Assembly: GCA_000092065.1 (NCBI GenBank)
Contig: CP000588.1
DNA: 64,000 nucleotides
Strand: one strand, 5' to 3'
Origin: Ostreococcus lucimarinus
Lineage: Eukaryota
Below are positions 62,515 to 64,000 of the stretch, piece after piece; within the stretch, counting starts at the first letter, position 1, and every line of letters starts with the position of its first letter. Made by a program: the position numbers and the translations under genes. The notes under the pieces were generated by a model. That model worked only from the letters and a program-made list of their open reading frames with translations, did no database searches and was not told the DNA's origin.

Positions 62515-64000
62515 CTAACGTCGCGCCACGCGATCGATTTCCTCCCCTGCGCGCGCGCAAAAGTCTACGAACCCGTCGTAGGCGCCCGGGGCGAACTCGC
62601 TCTCGAGTTCTTCCACCAAGCGCGCGTCCACAGGGGATGGGTCGTCCGCGCCTCCCAAGCGCACGTGCGTCACGCGAGGCAAAAACGTGCCCTCGAACGA
62701 TTGCTCGCGGATACGACGAATCTCGCGATCGAGCGCCGAGCCATGAGCGGGCGGACACGACGCAACGGCTTCGGGGCCGATGTAAGCGACGACAACTTCG
62801 TCGTCGCCTCGAATGAGGAGGACGCCGTTGGCTGCTTCCACCTCCTGCCGGCGAAGAGGCATGCGGCCTTTCGAGAATAATGATGACGACCCGTTGGTAC
62901 CGTCGATTGCATTTTCCTCACCTTCATTGCATTCCTCGAATGCGCGTAATTCTGGATACGCGTACGTTGCGGAGTCGTCGGCGTCGAACCGAAGCAAACG
63001 CGAGCGCGCTGCAACGCGAGCGTCCGGGTGCGAACCCATCGGATGGAGAATTTTCGAGCGCAGCAACCCGTAGACGAGTCTTGGAACGACATCGGTGACG
63101 AATTCAAATGTATTTGACGTCTTTCGCGCAGCGCTGGAGAACGCGATGAACCAATCCACGAGCGCTCGGCGTGCCTCGGTGGAGCCTTCTTCATCCGCCG
63201 TCATTAACGCTTGCCGAGCGAGCACACACATCACCGCGTTCGCGTCTACGTGCTTGTAGACGTCTCGCGCACTTCTTGCGATGTTTGCTCTGCATGAGTG
63301 TATGCGTCGGCGTCGACGACGATGCACGACAACCTCACCGGTGGCTCGATCGACGTCGCGTGTGATGCACGTATACTCGAATGCGAGTTGTATTTTGGGG
63401 TAACCACCGTTCAGGTCTTCCTCTAACCCCGCGCTCGTGGCGTAGTCGAAGTCGAACGCAAAAGTATCTTTTGTCGCACACGAAGCGATGTGATAAAGCC
63501 CAGGATAAGCTTTGTCCGCGTGTAACGATCCGTAAGCGTTGGCAATTTCCAAATCCGCCGTCGAACGGATGCGCAAAGTAGCGTTGATTGCCTTCTCGTT
63601 TCGAAGCAATCGATAGATATCACCGACTATTGGGATGTTTTGTGCATTTGGGTAGAGCAAGAAGGTACCCCCACTGCGCTCTGCGAGCGGCGCCAGAGTG
63701 GTCAAATCGTTGAAATCATCGCTCGTCACGACGACATCGACCTCCACACCTCGTATCAGGCATCGCTCACCGACACTTTCGTAGTGGTCGTGTGCGGGTA
63801 TCATCAAAGAGTCGGCCTCGCGAGAGGCGAATTCAAAATCCTCCATTGTCGGTCGAGCGTTTTCATGCAATAAAACGTCGGCGACAGACTTAGAGAGTCG
63901 ACCGACGTCGCAACTCCCGACACCTCGGCTCGGACCACCGCGAAGAAACGCTAACACTCGCGCACTCGAAATGAATCCATCGTCTACCGCTTGCTCGATA
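62515..64000 (-). CDS. Sec23/Sec24-family COPII coat protein (trunk, beta-sandwich, helical and gelsolin-like regions); 5' end lies beyond the window
   Basis: The frame is open to the window edge. The trunk region reads SSARVLAFLRGGPSRGVG, the beta-sandwich reads IQLAFEYTCITRDVDRATGEVVVHRRRRRRIH, and helical and gelsolin-like C-terminal parts follow. Sec23 versus Sec24 paralogy is not resolved. Confidence 0.55.
   Translation of the reverse strand, partial: IEQAVDDGFISSARVLAFLRGGPSRGVGSCDVGRLSKSVADVLLHENARPTMEDFEFASREADSLMIPAHDHYESVGERCLIRGVEVDVVVTSDDFNDLTTLAPLAERSGGTFLLYPNAQNIPIVGDIYRLLRNEKAINATLRIRSTADLEIANAYGSLHADKAYPGLYHIASCATKDTFAFDFDYATSAGLEEDLNGGYPKIQLAFEYTCITRDVDRATGEVVVHRRRRRRIHSCRANIARSARDVYKHVDANAVMCVLARQALMTADEEGSTEARRALVDWFIAFSSAARKTSNTFEFVTDVVPRLVYGLLRSKILHPMGSHPDARVAARSRLLRFDADDSATYAYPELRAFEECNEGEENAIDGTNGSSSLFSKGRMPLRRQEVEAANGVLLIRGDDEVVVAYIGPEAVASCPPAHGSALDREIRRIREQSFEGTFLPRVTHVRLGGADDPSPVDARLVEELESEFAPGAYDGFVDFCARAGEEIDRVARR

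Overview
This 64 kb window is gene-dense nuclear DNA from a very GC-rich eukaryote; I estimate by eye that roughly two thirds of the bases are G+C. Several lines point to a green-lineage unicellular alga, for example a prasinophyte/Mamiellophyceae-like picoalga, but the organism identity is inference. The evidence is: spliceosomal introns with GT..AG ends and a CTGAC-type branch point, divergent histone H2A/H2B genes, ubiquitin-L40 and SUMO genes, a plant-specific Dof zinc finger, an (SPPP)n hydroxyproline-rich protein, nuclear genes with organelle-type presequences, and TGTAA motifs downstream of some genes. I find about 40 protein-coding genes on both strands. Many are interrupted by one to three short introns of 70-350 bp that share a GTGCGT-type donor and a GACTGAC branch motif 20-45 nt upstream of a CAG/TAG acceptor. 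Recognisable products include a cytochrome P450, UDP-glucose 4-epimerase, RRP8, bifunctional riboflavin-synthesis RIBA, a class-II glutamine amidotransferase, SURF2, TRAPPC11, homoserine kinase, a DUF455 protein, WDR70, a UBX protein, NOC2, an extensin-like membrane protein, a receiver-Dof fusion protein, arginyl-tRNA synthetase, ubiquitin-L40, an EEP nuclease, a GILT-like protein, a phosphopantetheinyl transferase, queuine tRNA-ribosyltransferase, RAD51, an RNA exonuclease, MRPS33, SUMO, CstF-77, a MutL-type endonuclease, a CCCH zinc-finger protein, organellar ribosomal protein L1, FAD synthetase, a kinesin, histones H2A and H2B, and a Sec23/24-family coat protein. I recognised no rRNA, tRNA or CRISPR by eye, and no tRNA-scan could be run. 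The most unusual structures are: (i) a 2.8 kb AT-rich island (about 5475-8265) with foreign-looking codon usage that carries an intron-containing flavodoxin gene and is bounded by perfect 111 bp direct repeats, one of which is a duplicated gene 3' end; (ii) a protein that fuses a phospho-accepting response-regulator receiver domain to a Dof DNA-binding finger; (iii) a conserved stem-loop plus purine-rich element in the sense 3' UTR of both histone genes, together with mirrored TTTCGCGAAA palindromes in their shared promoter. In GC-rich DNA most long ORFs in the six-frame track are antisense or out-of-frame artefacts, so I have not reported them as genes. Start codons were checked against the ORF track where possible; intron boundaries should be taken as +/- a few nt.
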